Below are positions 8,574 to 18,351 of a stretch of 64,000 nucleotides of DNA, piece by piece. A program made the position numbers and the translations under genes. This stretch comes from a virus (Duplodnaviria; Caudoviricetes), in IMG/VR virus record IMGVR_UViG_3300042885_001472; one strand, given 5' to 3'. The notes under the pieces were generated by a model. That model was not told the DNA's origin, made no database searches, and worked only from the letters and a program-made list of their open reading frames with translations. Within the stretch, counting starts at the first letter, position 1. The number at the start of each line of letters is the position of its first letter.

Positions 8574-11363
8574 ATGGCAGGAAATAGAGTATTTGTAAGT
8601 CCGGGTGTCTATACATCAGAACTTGATTTAAGTTTTATCGCTAGACAAGTTGGGGTAACAACCCTAGGGATAGTGGGTGAAACACCTAAAGGACCGGCGT
8701 TTGAACCGGTTTTCATAAGTAGTTATGATGAATATCAAACAATTTTCGGTGGTTTAAACCCCGAATTGTTCAGAGCAACTGGTTATCCAAAGTATGAGAC
8801 CAATTATATCGCAAAAGGATATTTAACACAATCAAGTCAATTGTTTGTGACGAGAGTTTTAGGTTTATCTGGTTATGACGCGGGTGACGCTTGGTCAATT
8901 AAAATTGACGCGGCTTTAGATACATCAACCGTAGTTTGTTATTCAACTGGTGTTACTACATCAACTTTTAGTGTAACTACTGGTGGTACTATAAATTCAT
9001 TTGTATTTTCTGGTCATGGTGATACTGAATTAAACGCTGTTTATAATGATGGGTTATTTAACTCTTATTTAGTTGGATTAGAAGATTCAACCATGTTAAC
9101 AACACTTACCGCGAGTACGGAATATGTTAAAACTGGTTCTGTTTATAATGGTGGTAATTTTGATTTATTAGTAACTTCTGTTGGTTCAGATGGTTTAGGT
9201 AATATTACTGGTTCAACTACAGGTACATCTGTTATTTGTAGTGGTACTTCTTACGCGGATGTTGATGGTATGGTTATCGCAACATTACGTTCTGAAGCTA
9301 CTTATGATGTGAATGAATTAATTACATTCTCAGTTGTTAACCCAGGTATCACATTTGATACCTCAGTTACTGACGCTGAATATGATCCTTATGGTACATT
9401 TGTAGTTAGTGGTAACACAACCGCTGGTGATTCAATTTATTTTGAAGCGTCAATGGATAAAACTAAGAAAAATTATTTAATTAGAGTATTAGGTCAAGCA
9501 CCATTCCAAAATCAACAACCTTTATTTGTAGAAGAGATTTATGATAATATGTTCGCATCTCTTGTTGAACAAGGTAAAGTTAAAGGTATACAATTAGGTT
9601 TTGAATATGTAACTAATTTAGATAATTATTTAACTGAATACAGATCAGCTGTAACCCCTTGGGTTGTTTCTGAGGTTAGAGGTAATAAAGTATTTAGATT
9701 ATTTAGATTTATCACGATTTCTGATGGTGATGGAGCTAATAAAGAAATAAAAATTTCTGTACAAAATATTAACCTTGAAGATTTAGAATTTGATATCGTA
9801 ATTAGAGATTTTTATGATACAGACGCGAGTCCTTCTATCTTAGAAAGATTTAGTAAATGTTCAATGGATTCTACTAGTACAAATTATATCGCAAGAAGAA
9901 TTGGTACAAATGATGGGTTCTTCCCATTAAGAAGTAGTCGTGTTATGGTTGAGATGGCTGAAAATCTTGTAGAAGACGCAATTCCGGCTGGATTTGAAGG
10001 ATTCTTAACAAGAGAATACAATACAACATTACCTCCAATTATGACTTACAAAACTGATTACTTAATTACTGAAAAAGTAAGAAAAGTGTATCTTGGTGTT
10101 TCTAACACTGTGGGTATTGATCAGGATATGTTTGATTTCAAAGGTTTACAAAGTAATGTTGGTGGTTCTGAATGGACTGGTGTAACTAAAGGATTCCATA
10201 TGGATGTTAACGCTACTGGTGTTACTGTTGATGGTCAAAGTTCAGCTATTACATTTGATGTTGGATGTTGTCCAATGCAAACACCAGCGTCAGTTGTTAA
10301 TACAGCTTACGAAAAAATACAAGCTAGAAAGTTCACATTCGCACCATTTGGTGGGTTTGATGGATGGGATATCTATAGATCAAGAAGAACGAATAGAGAT
10401 ACTTACAAAGCTACCGGTACTAAAGGTGTGGCTGGAGTAACTTCAGGGATCTTTACAACTAGACCAACAAGTGATGGTCAAAATGGTATCACTTCTGATT
10501 ACTACGCTTATTATGAAGGTATTAAAACTTTCTCTAACCCAGAATCTGTTAACATTAACGTATTCACTACCCCAGGTATCGATACTGTTGATAATAATGA
10601 TTTAGTTGGTGAAGCTATTGATATGGTAGAAACTGAACGTTGTGATTCATTATATATTGTTACTACTCCAGATACTTCTGGAACTGGAACAGATGTTTAC
10701 ACTCCAGAAGATATCGCGGATACATTATATGGTGAATTTGATAGTAATTATACAGCGACTTACTGGCCTTGGTTACAAATGAATGATACGGAGAATAATG
10801 TATATATTTGGTTACCACCAACCGGTGAAGTTGTAAGAAATATCGCTTTAACTGACAATGTAGCTTTCCCTTGGTTTGCGACAGCAGGTCTTAATAGAGG
10901 TGTTACTAACGCGATTAAAGCTCGTTTAAAACTTAAACTTTCTGATAGAGATGGTTTATATGATAATAGAATTAATCCAATGGCGACATTCTCTGAAGAG
11001 GGAGTAGTAATTTGGGGTAATAAAACATTACAAATTAAAGATTCAGCTCTTAACCGAATCAATGTAAGACGTTTATTATTACAAGCTAGAAAATTAATTT
11101 CAGCAGTATCAATTAGATTATTATTTGAACAAAACGATCAGATTGTTAGAAATCAATTCTTAACATTAGTTAACCCAATTCTTGAGAATATCAGAAAAGA
11201 AAGAGGTTTAACAGACTTTAGAGTTCAATTAAATGATACTCCAGAGTCAATTGACAGAAATGAGTTGAATGGTAGAATTTTCTTAAAACCTACACGTTCA
11301 TTAGAATTTATCTTTATAGAATTCGTTGTAACCCCAACAGGAGCTTCTTTTGAAAACTTGTAA
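8574..11363 (+). CDS. Contractile tail sheath protein (T4 gp18-like)
   Basis: FVSPGVYTSELDLS N-terminus; YTATYWPW; VVIWGNKTLQ...LNRINVRRLL; IDRNELNGRIFLKPTRSLEFIFIEF C-terminus. Confidence 0.97.
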   Translation: MAGNRVFVSPGVYTSELDLSFIARQVGVTTLGIVGETPKGPAFEPVFISSYDEYQTIFGGLNPELFRATGYPKYETNYIAKGYLTQSSQLFVTRVLGLSGYDAGDAWSIKIDAALDTSTVVCYSTGVTTSTFSVTTGGTINSFVFSGHGDTELNAVYNDGLFNSYLVGLEDSTMLTTLTASTEYVKTGSVYNGGNFDLLVTSVGSDGLGNITGSTTGTSVICSGTSYADVDGMVIATLRSEATYDVNELITFSVVNPGITFDTSVTDAEYDPYGTFVVSGNTTAGDSIYFEASMDKTKKNYLIRVLGQAPFQNQQPLFVEEIYDNMFASLVEQGKVKGIQLGFEYVTNLDNYLTEYRSAVTPWVVSEVRGNKVFRLFRFITISDGDGANKEIKISVQNINLEDLEFDIVIRDFYDTDASPSILERFSKCSMDSTSTNYIARRIGTNDGFFPLRSSRVMVEMAENLVEDAIPAGFEGFLTREYNTTLPPIMTYKTDYLITEKVRKVYLGVSNTVGIDQDMFDFKGLQSNVGGSEWTGVTKGFHMDVNATGVTVDGQSSAITFDVGCCPMQTPASVVNTAYEKIQARKFTFAPFGGFDGWDIYRSRRTNRDTYKATGTKGVAGVTSGIFTTRPTSDGQNGITSDYYAYYEGIKTFSNPESVNINVFTTPGIDTVDNNDLVGEAIDMVETERCDSLYIVTTPDTSGTGTDVYTPEDIADTLYGEFDSNYTATYWPWLQMNDTENNVYIWLPPTGEVVRNIALTDNVAFPWFATAGLNRGVTNAIKARLKLKLSDRDGLYDNRINPMATFSEEGVVIWGNKTLQIKDSALNRINVRRLLLQARKLISAVSIRLLFEQNDQIVRNQFLTLVNPILENIRKERGLTDFRVQLNDTPESIDRNELNGRIFLKPTRSLEFIFIEFVVTPTGASFENL

Positions 11364-11377
11364 GATAATAACACATA

Positions 11378-11420
11378 AAAATATAAAAGAGATACTCAAA
11401 AGGTATCTCTTTTATATTTT
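11378..11420. terminator. Strong, probably bidirectional terminator hairpin
   Basis: Perfect 18-bp inverted repeat AAAATATAAAAGAGATAC-tcaaaag-GTATCTCTTTTATATTTT just after the sheath gene. Confidence 0.85.
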
Positions 11421-11444
11421 ACACATATTTATTAATAAATTAAA

Positions 11445-12200
11445 ATGATGGAAAAAAGAAATAAATTGGTTGAGACTAAATTACGAAATACAATAAAAAA
11501 AGTTGTACTTAAAGAAAGTAAGGTAATTACCAATGATAGTAAGTTAATAACTGAAGGTAAAAAGATTATTGTAAATTTTCATAAAATAAAAAAACGAAAA
11601 TTAAAAGAGGGTTATAGTAAACAAGAAATTAATGAAGATTTTACTGATTGGTTAAAATCATTATTCACTAGTGATGATGAAGAAACTCCATCAAATGATA
11701 ATAATTCAATGGTTGATGATTCAGAAGATGGTGAAAAAAGTGGTGATATGAAAAAAACTTTAGTTGATACCGCTAGTCAATGGATGATTGGTTATATTTT
11801 AGAACAATTAGGTGTTACTGGTGAGTTAAATAGAATTTTAAAAATAGCTTTATCAGATATTGATATTACAGACTATCCTAAGTTACTAGATCCAGTGGAT
11901 AATTGTAAATGGTTATCTGATGTATTATTTGATGGTATTATGGAATATATCGTACAAGTAGCTTCTGAATCAATGTTAGGTTTAAAAAATAGTGGTGGTA
12001 GTATCGTAAGTACTTCCTTCTCAAAAGCGTTCGCTAATTTAACTTCTAATAGTCAATTTAAGACAGATATGAAACGTTATGTTAGTATGGCCATTTGTGA
12101 CGCTTTAGGTGGTCAATCTGGTGAATTTGAGTTATCTAGTGAACTTGGTCGTTCAGATTTAGATCCGGAAATGGTGAGTGGAATTAGAGAAAAATTATAA
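11445..12200 (+). CDS. Hypothetical protein with N-terminal LxE motifs (candidate processed internal head protein)
   Basis: VLKES, LITEG, KLKEG, INED in a basic N-terminus, followed by an acidic linker and a helical domain. Confidence 0.5.
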   Translation: MMEKRNKLVETKLRNTIKKVVLKESKVITNDSKLITEGKKIIVNFHKIKKRKLKEGYSKQEINEDFTDWLKSLFTSDDEETPSNDNNSMVDDSEDGEKSGDMKKTLVDTASQWMIGYILEQLGVTGELNRILKIALSDIDITDYPKLLDPVDNCKWLSDVLFDGIMEYIVQVASESMLGLKNSGGSIVSTSFSKAFANLTSNSQFKTDMKRYVSMAICDALGGQSGEFELSSELGRSDLDPEMVSGIREKL

Positions 12201-12226
12201 TATTTTTTTATATTAAAAAAAACCCC

Positions 12227-12234
12227 TATATTTG
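12227..12234 (+). promoter_or_regulatory. Bacteroidota-type -7 promoter element (TAnnTTTG)
   Basis: TATATTTG 26 nt upstream of the HAD gene; same 8-mer at 32842 before the SSB gene. Confidence 0.55.
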
Positions 12235-12260
12235 TTGTATTAATTTAAAATAATATAACA

Positions 12261-13031
12261 ATGGGGTTTAATATAAACTTAGATACTTTCAAGAAAAAAT
12301 TCTTTCTATTAGATTGGGATGATAATATATTAGTTATGCCAACTAAGATTACTTTAGATAAAGTAGTAAAAAATAAATTAATTAAAGTTGATGTTGATTC
12401 TCATCAATTCCGTAGAATAAGAAGTAAAATTGGTTCTACCTATATGGTTAGATCAGATAGTTTCACAAAGTTTGTTAACCCCACCCAATTTAAAGAAGAT
12501 GTTTTATACTCAATCAAAAATAATAATTTTGGTCCGGTATATAATAAATTCATCACAGCGTTAGTTAATGGTCATGATTTCGCCATTATTACCGCCAGAG
12601 GTCATTCCCCTAAAATAATTAAAGATGGGATTAAACTTATTATAAACAATAATTTAACATTAAAACAAAAGAAAGATATTACCATAAATCTTAATGGTGA
12701 AACCATAACCAAATATTTAAACAGACAAAAATATTATACAGTTTCATCCAAGGAGTTTATTAAAGAGTTTAAATTAGATAGTACAACACAGAACCCAGAG
12801 AATGGTAAAAAATTGGCGATAATTGATTATGTTGAGAATGTCGTTAAACTATATGGTAAAAAATTTAAAAACATTAGTATTGGGTTTAGTGATGATGATT
12901 TAGGTAATATTAAAGTGGTGGAAGATATAATTAGATCTGTACTTAAAATTAAGTTTCCAAACATACATTTCGTCATATACGATACATCTAATCCAAAGAA
13001 AATTAAAAAGATTAGAATTTATATGGCTTAA
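12261..13031 (+). CDS. HAD-superfamily phosphatase/nucleotidase
   Basis: Motif I LLDWDDNI, motif II AIITARGH, motif IV GFSDDD. Confidence 0.75.
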   Translation: MGFNINLDTFKKKFFLLDWDDNILVMPTKITLDKVVKNKLIKVDVDSHQFRRIRSKIGSTYMVRSDSFTKFVNPTQFKEDVLYSIKNNNFGPVYNKFITALVNGHDFAIITARGHSPKIIKDGIKLIINNNLTLKQKKDITINLNGETITKYLNRQKYYTVSSKEFIKEFKLDSTTQNPENGKKLAIIDYVENVVKLYGKKFKNISIGFSDDDLGNIKVVEDIIRSVLKIKFPNIHFVIYDTSNPKKIKKIRIYMA

Positions 13032-14653
13032 GTGGTGACATTATTATAACACCATTTCTTACAACCACAATCATATATTCTTAATAACCCCATCTCTTCA
13101 GTTATTTCTCGTTCACTCTTATTCTTATCATACCCCATAGATACTAACACATCCTTTCTATAGTTAAATCTATTAATTCTTTTACCACCTTTAATATAGT
13201 GATAATTGGATTTAGTTTCACCATTAAATGTAAATCCCAATTTTTCATATAAATCTCCGGTAAAGTACCTACTATCTGAAAAGGATATGATATCGGAGGG
13301 TTGATAAGTTTTTAAAAAGTATCTAAATAGTTTTGATCCACCACCAATCACTTTACTATTTTTTAAATTACAGAATCTAACCATTTCATATGATCCATCA
13401 ACACTCTTCATACCGAGGGATTTTCTTAAAGAACCAAATGTCATGACAGATACCAATTTATCATTATAGAATAATCCAATCTTTATTTTTGAATTATGAT
13501 GTCCTTGTATATGATTTTGATCAACAAATTCTTTACACATCTTACTATCAATCTCTTTAATAACACACTTCCTACCATAAATCACCTGATCAAATATATT
13601 GAAGTTTGTATTTAAAATTGATTTAACAATTTCTTTTTTATGTAACCACTCATCCTCAAATATCTGTATGAGTTTAATGTTTTGTTCAGAACATTTTTTA
13701 TATTTTTTAAAATGATAATCATTACTAACCTTATAAGATGAGTGCCAAAACAATCCATTATATTCTATACCAATATTTTTATTTGGTATTAATACATCTA
13801 TCTCCTGGGGGTAAATTACTTTCCTATCTTTCTCTTTAATCTCTTCTAGTGGTAATAGTTCTTTAATATAATTTAACACCTCACTCTCACTATAACTAAT
13901 GGAGTTTGTAACTGGATTACAGAGTGTACAAACTTCTACATCCATACTATTCCTATTGTAGAGTACTGATCGATTAATAATAAAATTATTATGACATTTA
14001 TCACATAAAATTTTAATATCGTCCCCTTCATCTGATAGTATATTAAATCTTTCATACTTTTCTCTAAAAATTTTTCTTTTAGTTTCCAACGATTTGTATT
14101 GAGATTCTTTCGTTAGTAGATTAGAAACTAAACCAATTTTTTTAATATTAGTATCTTTTATTTTATCTGATACACCTTCAACCGCCCATACACCGGGGAC
14201 ATTATATTTTTCTATGAACTTATCTTGTATTAAATCTTTTCGTTTAAAGAAATTATCAACACCAAAATTTTTTAAAGTTGTGTTTTTAATTTTATCATTA
14301 ATACTTTCCGATGATGTACCTTGACCACCATACTTTTTATCATTTGTTTCTTTTACTTTTTTAATATGTTCTTCACATTGATTAGTACATTCTCTTGAAC
14401 AATACACACCATAACCCTCAGAAAGACTACGCTTAAATTTTAATTCCTTATCACATTTTTTACATAAAATTTTTGTATCAACATTATGTATGTAGTGCCA
14501 AATTTTTTCTTTGAATGAAATTTCATTAAGATTTTTTTTATTAAAATGAATTATTTTTTTATGTAAATCATTAAAATTGTCTTTTAAATAAGATTCTTGA
14601 CTTCTTTTACCATTTTTATTTTCAATAATAAAAAACTTTTCCAAATTCACCAT
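13028..14653 (-). CDS. Hef-like/Vsr-type PD-(D/E)xK putative homing endonuclease with Zn-finger, KYG repeats and a GNAT-like C-terminal domain (copy A)
   Basis: CxxC motifs (CKKC, CSREC, CDKC, CTLC); EIDVLIPNKNIGIEYNGLFWHS...LIQIFEDEW; IYGRKC...NHIQG...YEMVRFC...GGGSKL...ISFSDSR; the only long minus-strand gene. Confidence 0.75.
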   Translation of the reverse strand: MVNLEKFFIIENKNGKRSQESYLKDNFNDLHKKIIHFNKKNLNEISFKEKIWHYIHNVDTKILCKKCDKELKFKRSLSEGYGVYCSRECTNQCEEHIKKVKETNDKKYGGQGTSSESINDKIKNTTLKNFGVDNFFKRKDLIQDKFIEKYNVPGVWAVEGVSDKIKDTNIKKIGLVSNLLTKESQYKSLETKRKIFREKYERFNILSDEGDDIKILCDKCHNNFIINRSVLYNRNSMDVEVCTLCNPVTNSISYSESEVLNYIKELLPLEEIKEKDRKVIYPQEIDVLIPNKNIGIEYNGLFWHSSYKVSNDYHFKKYKKCSEQNIKLIQIFEDEWLHKKEIVKSILNTNFNIFDQVIYGRKCVIKEIDSKMCKEFVDQNHIQGHHNSKIKIGLFYNDKLVSVMTFGSLRKSLGMKSVDGSYEMVRFCNLKNSKVIGGGSKLFRYFLKTYQPSDIISFSDSRYFTGDLYEKLGFTFNGETKSNYHYIKGGKRINRFNYRKDVLVSMGYDKNKSEREITEEMGLLRIYDCGCKKWCYNNVTT

Positions 14654-14719
14654 ATTTATAATTAAAGTAATATATTTTTATGTTACTAATATAATAATAA
14701 ATATTTTAAAAAACAAAAA

Positions 14720-15211
14720 ATGGCTGATTTATTACTGCGTATGCCTATGCCATACGAACCTAAAAAGAAAAATAGATGGATACTTAGATTTCCAGCTGAA
14801 TTAGGTATTCAAGAATGGTGGTTAGGTTCTGCCGCTAGACCCTCAATTACACAAGCTGAAGTTGTTATACCTTTTCTAAATACTGAAACTTATGTTTTGG
14901 GTAAATATAATTGGAATCCAATTAGTGTGACTTTTAGAGATCCTATTGGTCCATCCGCATCTCAAGCGATTATGGAGTGGGTGCGTTTACATTCAGAATC
15001 TGTAACTGGTAGACAAGGTTATGCCGCTGGGTACAAAAAAGATGTTGAACTTGAAATGTTAGATCCGACCGGAGTTGTAATTGAAAAATGGAGATTAGTT
15101 AACACTTGGTTAAGTGGTGATATTAATTTTGGTGATTTAAGTTACGAAAGTGGTGATTTAGCTGACATCGCGGCTTCATTAAGATTTGATTACGCTGTAT
15201 TATTATTCTAA
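14720..15211 (+). CDS. Tail tube protein (T4 gp19-like)
   Basis: YEPKKKNRWILRF...ARPS...GKYNWNPISVTFRDPI...MEW...YKKDVELEMLDPTGVVIEKW...GDLSY...LRFDYA. Confidence 0.93.
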   Translation: MADLLLRMPMPYEPKKKNRWILRFPAELGIQEWWLGSAARPSITQAEVVIPFLNTETYVLGKYNWNPISVTFRDPIGPSASQAIMEWVRLHSESVTGRQGYAAGYKKDVELEMLDPTGVVIEKWRLVNTWLSGDINFGDLSYESGDLADIAASLRFDYAVLLF

Positions 15212-15221
15212 TTAAATATCC

Positions 15222-15253
15222 TTGACATCCTACTGAAAAATTCATATATTTAT
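15222..15253 (+). promoter_or_regulatory. TTGACA-N17-TATATT(TAT) promoter of endonuclease copy B
   Basis: TTGACA at 15222-15227, 17-nt spacer, TATATT at 15245-15250, ATG at 15259. Confidence 0.7.
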
Positions 15254-15258
15254 AGTAT

Positions 15259-16926
15259 ATGAATTTTTCTTTTTTCCTTGAGAACAATACCTCTGGCCAT
15301 AAAACCAGAGAAGTTTGGTTTAATAAAAACCATAAAGATGTTTATGATAAAATCATACATCATTCAAAAACATATGATTTAGATAATCATTCATTCAAAG
15401 AAAAAATTTGGAACTATTTCCATAATATTACCACAAAACCAAAGTGTGGTGGTTGTGATAATATTGTAACCTTCACAGATAGATTTGATAGGGGTTACAA
15501 TAAATTTTGTTCATTAGATTGTGCCAACAATAGTGGTAAACTACTTGATTTAGTTAAAATAAAAATGAAGGAAACTTGGGGTGTTGAATACTTTTCACAA
15601 CATAGTACATTCAAAGAAAAAGTTAAAGAAACTAAACTAAAACGATATGGTGATGAAAATTACACTAATTCAGTAAAATCAAAAAAAACTAGATTAAAAA
15701 AATATGGTGATGAAAATTATGTTAATAAAGAAAAAGCGGTTGAAACATCTTTAAAAAAATATGGTGTAAGTAACCCTTCAAAATCTAAAATAATTAAAGA
15801 TAAGATTGTTGAGAACAACTTATCTAAGTGGGGATTTAAATCACCTTCATTACATCCGGATATTATATTAAAAAAAGAAAAGACTACATTACAAAATATT
15901 AAAAACAGATTTAAAGAAAATGAATTTATTTCATACGATACCAACATAAAAGAATTTACATTGTTATGTGATAAATGTAATCAAAATTATAAAATATTTA
16001 GTCCACTTTATAATGAGAGAAGAAGATTGGGTTATGAAACTTGTATTAATTGTAATCCAATAAATTCTTTATCATCACATAGAGAAAAAGAAGTTTACGA
16101 TTACCTTTTAGAATTGGGTATTAGTAATATTGAAAGAAACACAAGAAAAATAATATCACCATTAGAATTAGATTTATACTTACCAGAACATAATATAGGG
16201 ATTGAATTTAATGGGTTATATTATCATAGTGATTTATTTAAATCAGAAAATTATCATTTAAACAAATATAATAGGTGTTTAGAATTGGGAGTTGAATTAA
16301 TTCAGATTTTTGAGGATGAATGGTTATTTAAAAAAGATATTGTAAAATCTATCATAAAAAATCGTTTCGGTATGATTGAAAATAAAATATATGGTAGAAA
16401 ATGTGTTATAAAAGAAATTAGTAAAAAAGTTAGTTCAGAATTTTTACTTAATAATCATATCCAGGGTGATTGTTTGTCAAAGGTCAAATTAGGTTTATAT
16501 CATAATGAGGTTCTAGTTTCAGTTATGACATTTGGCACTAGAAGTGGTGTTGGTAATTATAAAGATGATTTTTCAGAACTATTACGTTTTTCTAATTTAA
16601 TTAATTATAATGTCATTGGTGGTGGATCAAAATTATTCAATTACTATATTAAAAATTATAACCCAAAAATGATTTTAAGTTATTCAGATAATAGATTATT
16701 TGGTGGGGGATTGTATAAAAATCTCGGTTTTGAATACATCCATAAATCAAAACCCAATTATTATTACATTAAAAATGAATTAAGATTTCATCGTTTGAAT
16801 TTTAAGAAAAAAAATCTTATTAAAAGTGGTTTTGATAAAAATAAGACTGAAAAATTAATTATGTCAGAAAGAGGTTTTAATAGAATATATGATTGTGGGG
16901 TAACTCGTTGGGAGTGGAAAATGTAA
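15259..16926 (+). CDS. Hef-like/Vsr-type putative homing endonuclease (copy B, paralog of 13028..14653)
   Basis: FKEKIWNYFHNI (copy A: FKEKIWHYIHNV); CGGC/CSLDC/CDKC/CINC; ELDLYLPEHNIGIEFNGLYYHS; IYGRKC...NHIQG...LLRFS...GGGSKL...SYSDNR. Confidence 0.75.
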   Translation: MNFSFFLENNTSGHKTREVWFNKNHKDVYDKIIHHSKTYDLDNHSFKEKIWNYFHNITTKPKCGGCDNIVTFTDRFDRGYNKFCSLDCANNSGKLLDLVKIKMKETWGVEYFSQHSTFKEKVKETKLKRYGDENYTNSVKSKKTRLKKYGDENYVNKEKAVETSLKKYGVSNPSKSKIIKDKIVENNLSKWGFKSPSLHPDIILKKEKTTLQNIKNRFKENEFISYDTNIKEFTLLCDKCNQNYKIFSPLYNERRRLGYETCINCNPINSLSSHREKEVYDYLLELGISNIERNTRKIISPLELDLYLPEHNIGIEFNGLYYHSDLFKSENYHLNKYNRCLELGVELIQIFEDEWLFKKDIVKSIIKNRFGMIENKIYGRKCVIKEISKKVSSEFLLNNHIQGDCLSKVKLGLYHNEVLVSVMTFGTRSGVGNYKDDFSELLRFSNLINYNVIGGGSKLFNYYIKNYNPKMILSYSDNRLFGGGLYKNLGFEYIHKSKPNYYYIKNELRFHRLNFKKKNLIKSGFDKNKTEKLIMSERGFNRIYDCGVTRWEWKM

Positions 16927-16969
16927 TAAAAATTAATTTTTTTTAGTAATTTCAATATATTTATAATTA

Positions 16970-17350
16970 ATGTTTAAAACTAAAGAAGATCAATATAATA
17001 GAATTTTTCAACTTTTTGAAAGGGTTGAAAATCCATATGAATCACTATTATTAGAAGGTAGTGGTGGACCAAGTGGTTTTGAAGATAAATGGTTTGATAG
17101 TACTACTGGTAAGTTATATGAGGATGTATCAAAAACAACTGAAGTTAAAACTTTCAATATAATCGCTAACGCGAATACTGAAGTTCGTGAACTGTCAAGG
17201 GGTGGTGGTCAACATTTATACTGGAATTATTGGATTGTTGGTTTAAATGAAAAAAAATATGTTTTGGTTGTAGAACCAGATGAAGATGTTAATAATAGAA
17301 AATCTGGTTCTGGTATTGTACGAGATGTTTACTATATCCACGTTAAATAA
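16970..17350 (+). CDS. Hypothetical protein (LxE family)
   Basis: EDQYNRIFQLFE...LLLEG N-terminus; own upstream TATATTTAT. Confidence 0.5.
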   Translation: MFKTKEDQYNRIFQLFERVENPYESLLLEGSGGPSGFEDKWFDSTTGKLYEDVSKTTEVKTFNIIANANTEVRELSRGGGQHLYWNYWIVGLNEKKYVLVVEPDEDVNNRKSGSGIVRDVYYIHVK

Positions 17351-18331
17351 ATGGAAGAGATGAAATTACATACTATATTTTTAGAACAAACAATCAATAA
17401 ACCTCAACCGGTTTCTGATCCGTCTACATTAAGAGCTGTACCAACATCCCCATCTAGTGTCGTTCAATTAGATGATCCTAATTATAAGGGTAAAAGAAGG
17501 GGTGATGAAATTTCTAATTTTATTGAGACATTTGATTTAGATACACACGAAGCTTTAGAGGTTGTGGGATTGGTGGCGATTTTTTTCCCACCAATTGGGA
17601 CAGCTATATCTGTAGCCGCTGGTTTAGTTAATGCGGGGTTATACGCTAAAGAGGGTGATAATTATAGTGCTGGATTAAATCTTATGTTTTCAACACTACC
17701 ATTAATTGGACCAATAGTGAATAAAATACCTGGTTTAAAAACATGGTCTAAAAAAGCTCTAATAACTTTAGGGGAAAAAATTAAATTAAAACAAGCCTTA
17801 ACTAAAGGTGAAAAATTACTTGCTGATCAATTAATTTTAAATAAAGATTTTATTAAAACAGAAGTAAACAATTTAATTGTTAAGAGTAAGGATAAAATCC
17901 TAAAATCAGCTTTAGATGGTAGAACAAAACAATTTATAATAAAAACCGCTGAGAAAGGTGGTGATTTAGTTAAAGCTGGCACTAAAATTACCGGTAATGT
18001 TACAACTACTGGTGCTAGTATACTAATCCCTGGTGAAATTATGGTATCAGGATATGATAAATTATATGGTATAGTTCAATCAGATACACCTAGAAGTGTT
18101 GCTGAAAAAATGGGGTATGATTGGGAAGAACTTAAAGATGAATTTGGTAGTTCTAACACACCGGAAGATAATATAAAATTAAAAAACGCATTACTAACTG
18201 GTTGGAATCCAAGTGAGGATGAAGTACCAAAAATTTATAGAACTGAACTTTACGCTGAACGTTTACAAACACCGAAAACACTTAGTAAAGAAGAATTAGA
18301 AAATGAAATTAATAAAGCACTTGATATATAA
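17351..18331 (+). CDS. Hypothetical protein with a hydrophobic pre-toxin-TG-like helical segment (LxE family)
   Basis: IFLEQ N-terminus; LEVVGLVAIFFPPIGTAISVAAGLVNAGLYAKEGDNYSAGLNLMFSTLPLIG. Confidence 0.5.
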   Translation: MEEMKLHTIFLEQTINKPQPVSDPSTLRAVPTSPSSVVQLDDPNYKGKRRGDEISNFIETFDLDTHEALEVVGLVAIFFPPIGTAISVAAGLVNAGLYAKEGDNYSAGLNLMFSTLPLIGPIVNKIPGLKTWSKKALITLGEKIKLKQALTKGEKLLADQLILNKDFIKTEVNNLIVKSKDKILKSALDGRTKQFIIKTAEKGGDLVKAGTKITGNVTTTGASILIPGEIMVSGYDKLYGIVQSDTPRSVAEKMGYDWEELKDEFGSSNTPEDNIKLKNALLTGWNPSEDEVPKIYRTELYAERLQTPKTLSKEELENEINKALDI

Positions 18332-18351
18332 TAAAAATAAAGAATAATAGT

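Noticed and set aside
14645-14660. T4 gp55-type late promoter TATAAATA
   Set aside because: The recurring sense-strand motif is TATTTAT(A), the reverse complement; TATAAATA appears only on the opposite strand.
13028-16926. Composite transposon or TTAA target-site duplication around the tube gene
   Set aside because: No terminal inverted repeats seen, the paralogs are diverged, no DDE motifs were recognised, and TTAA is ubiquitous in this AT-rich DNA.
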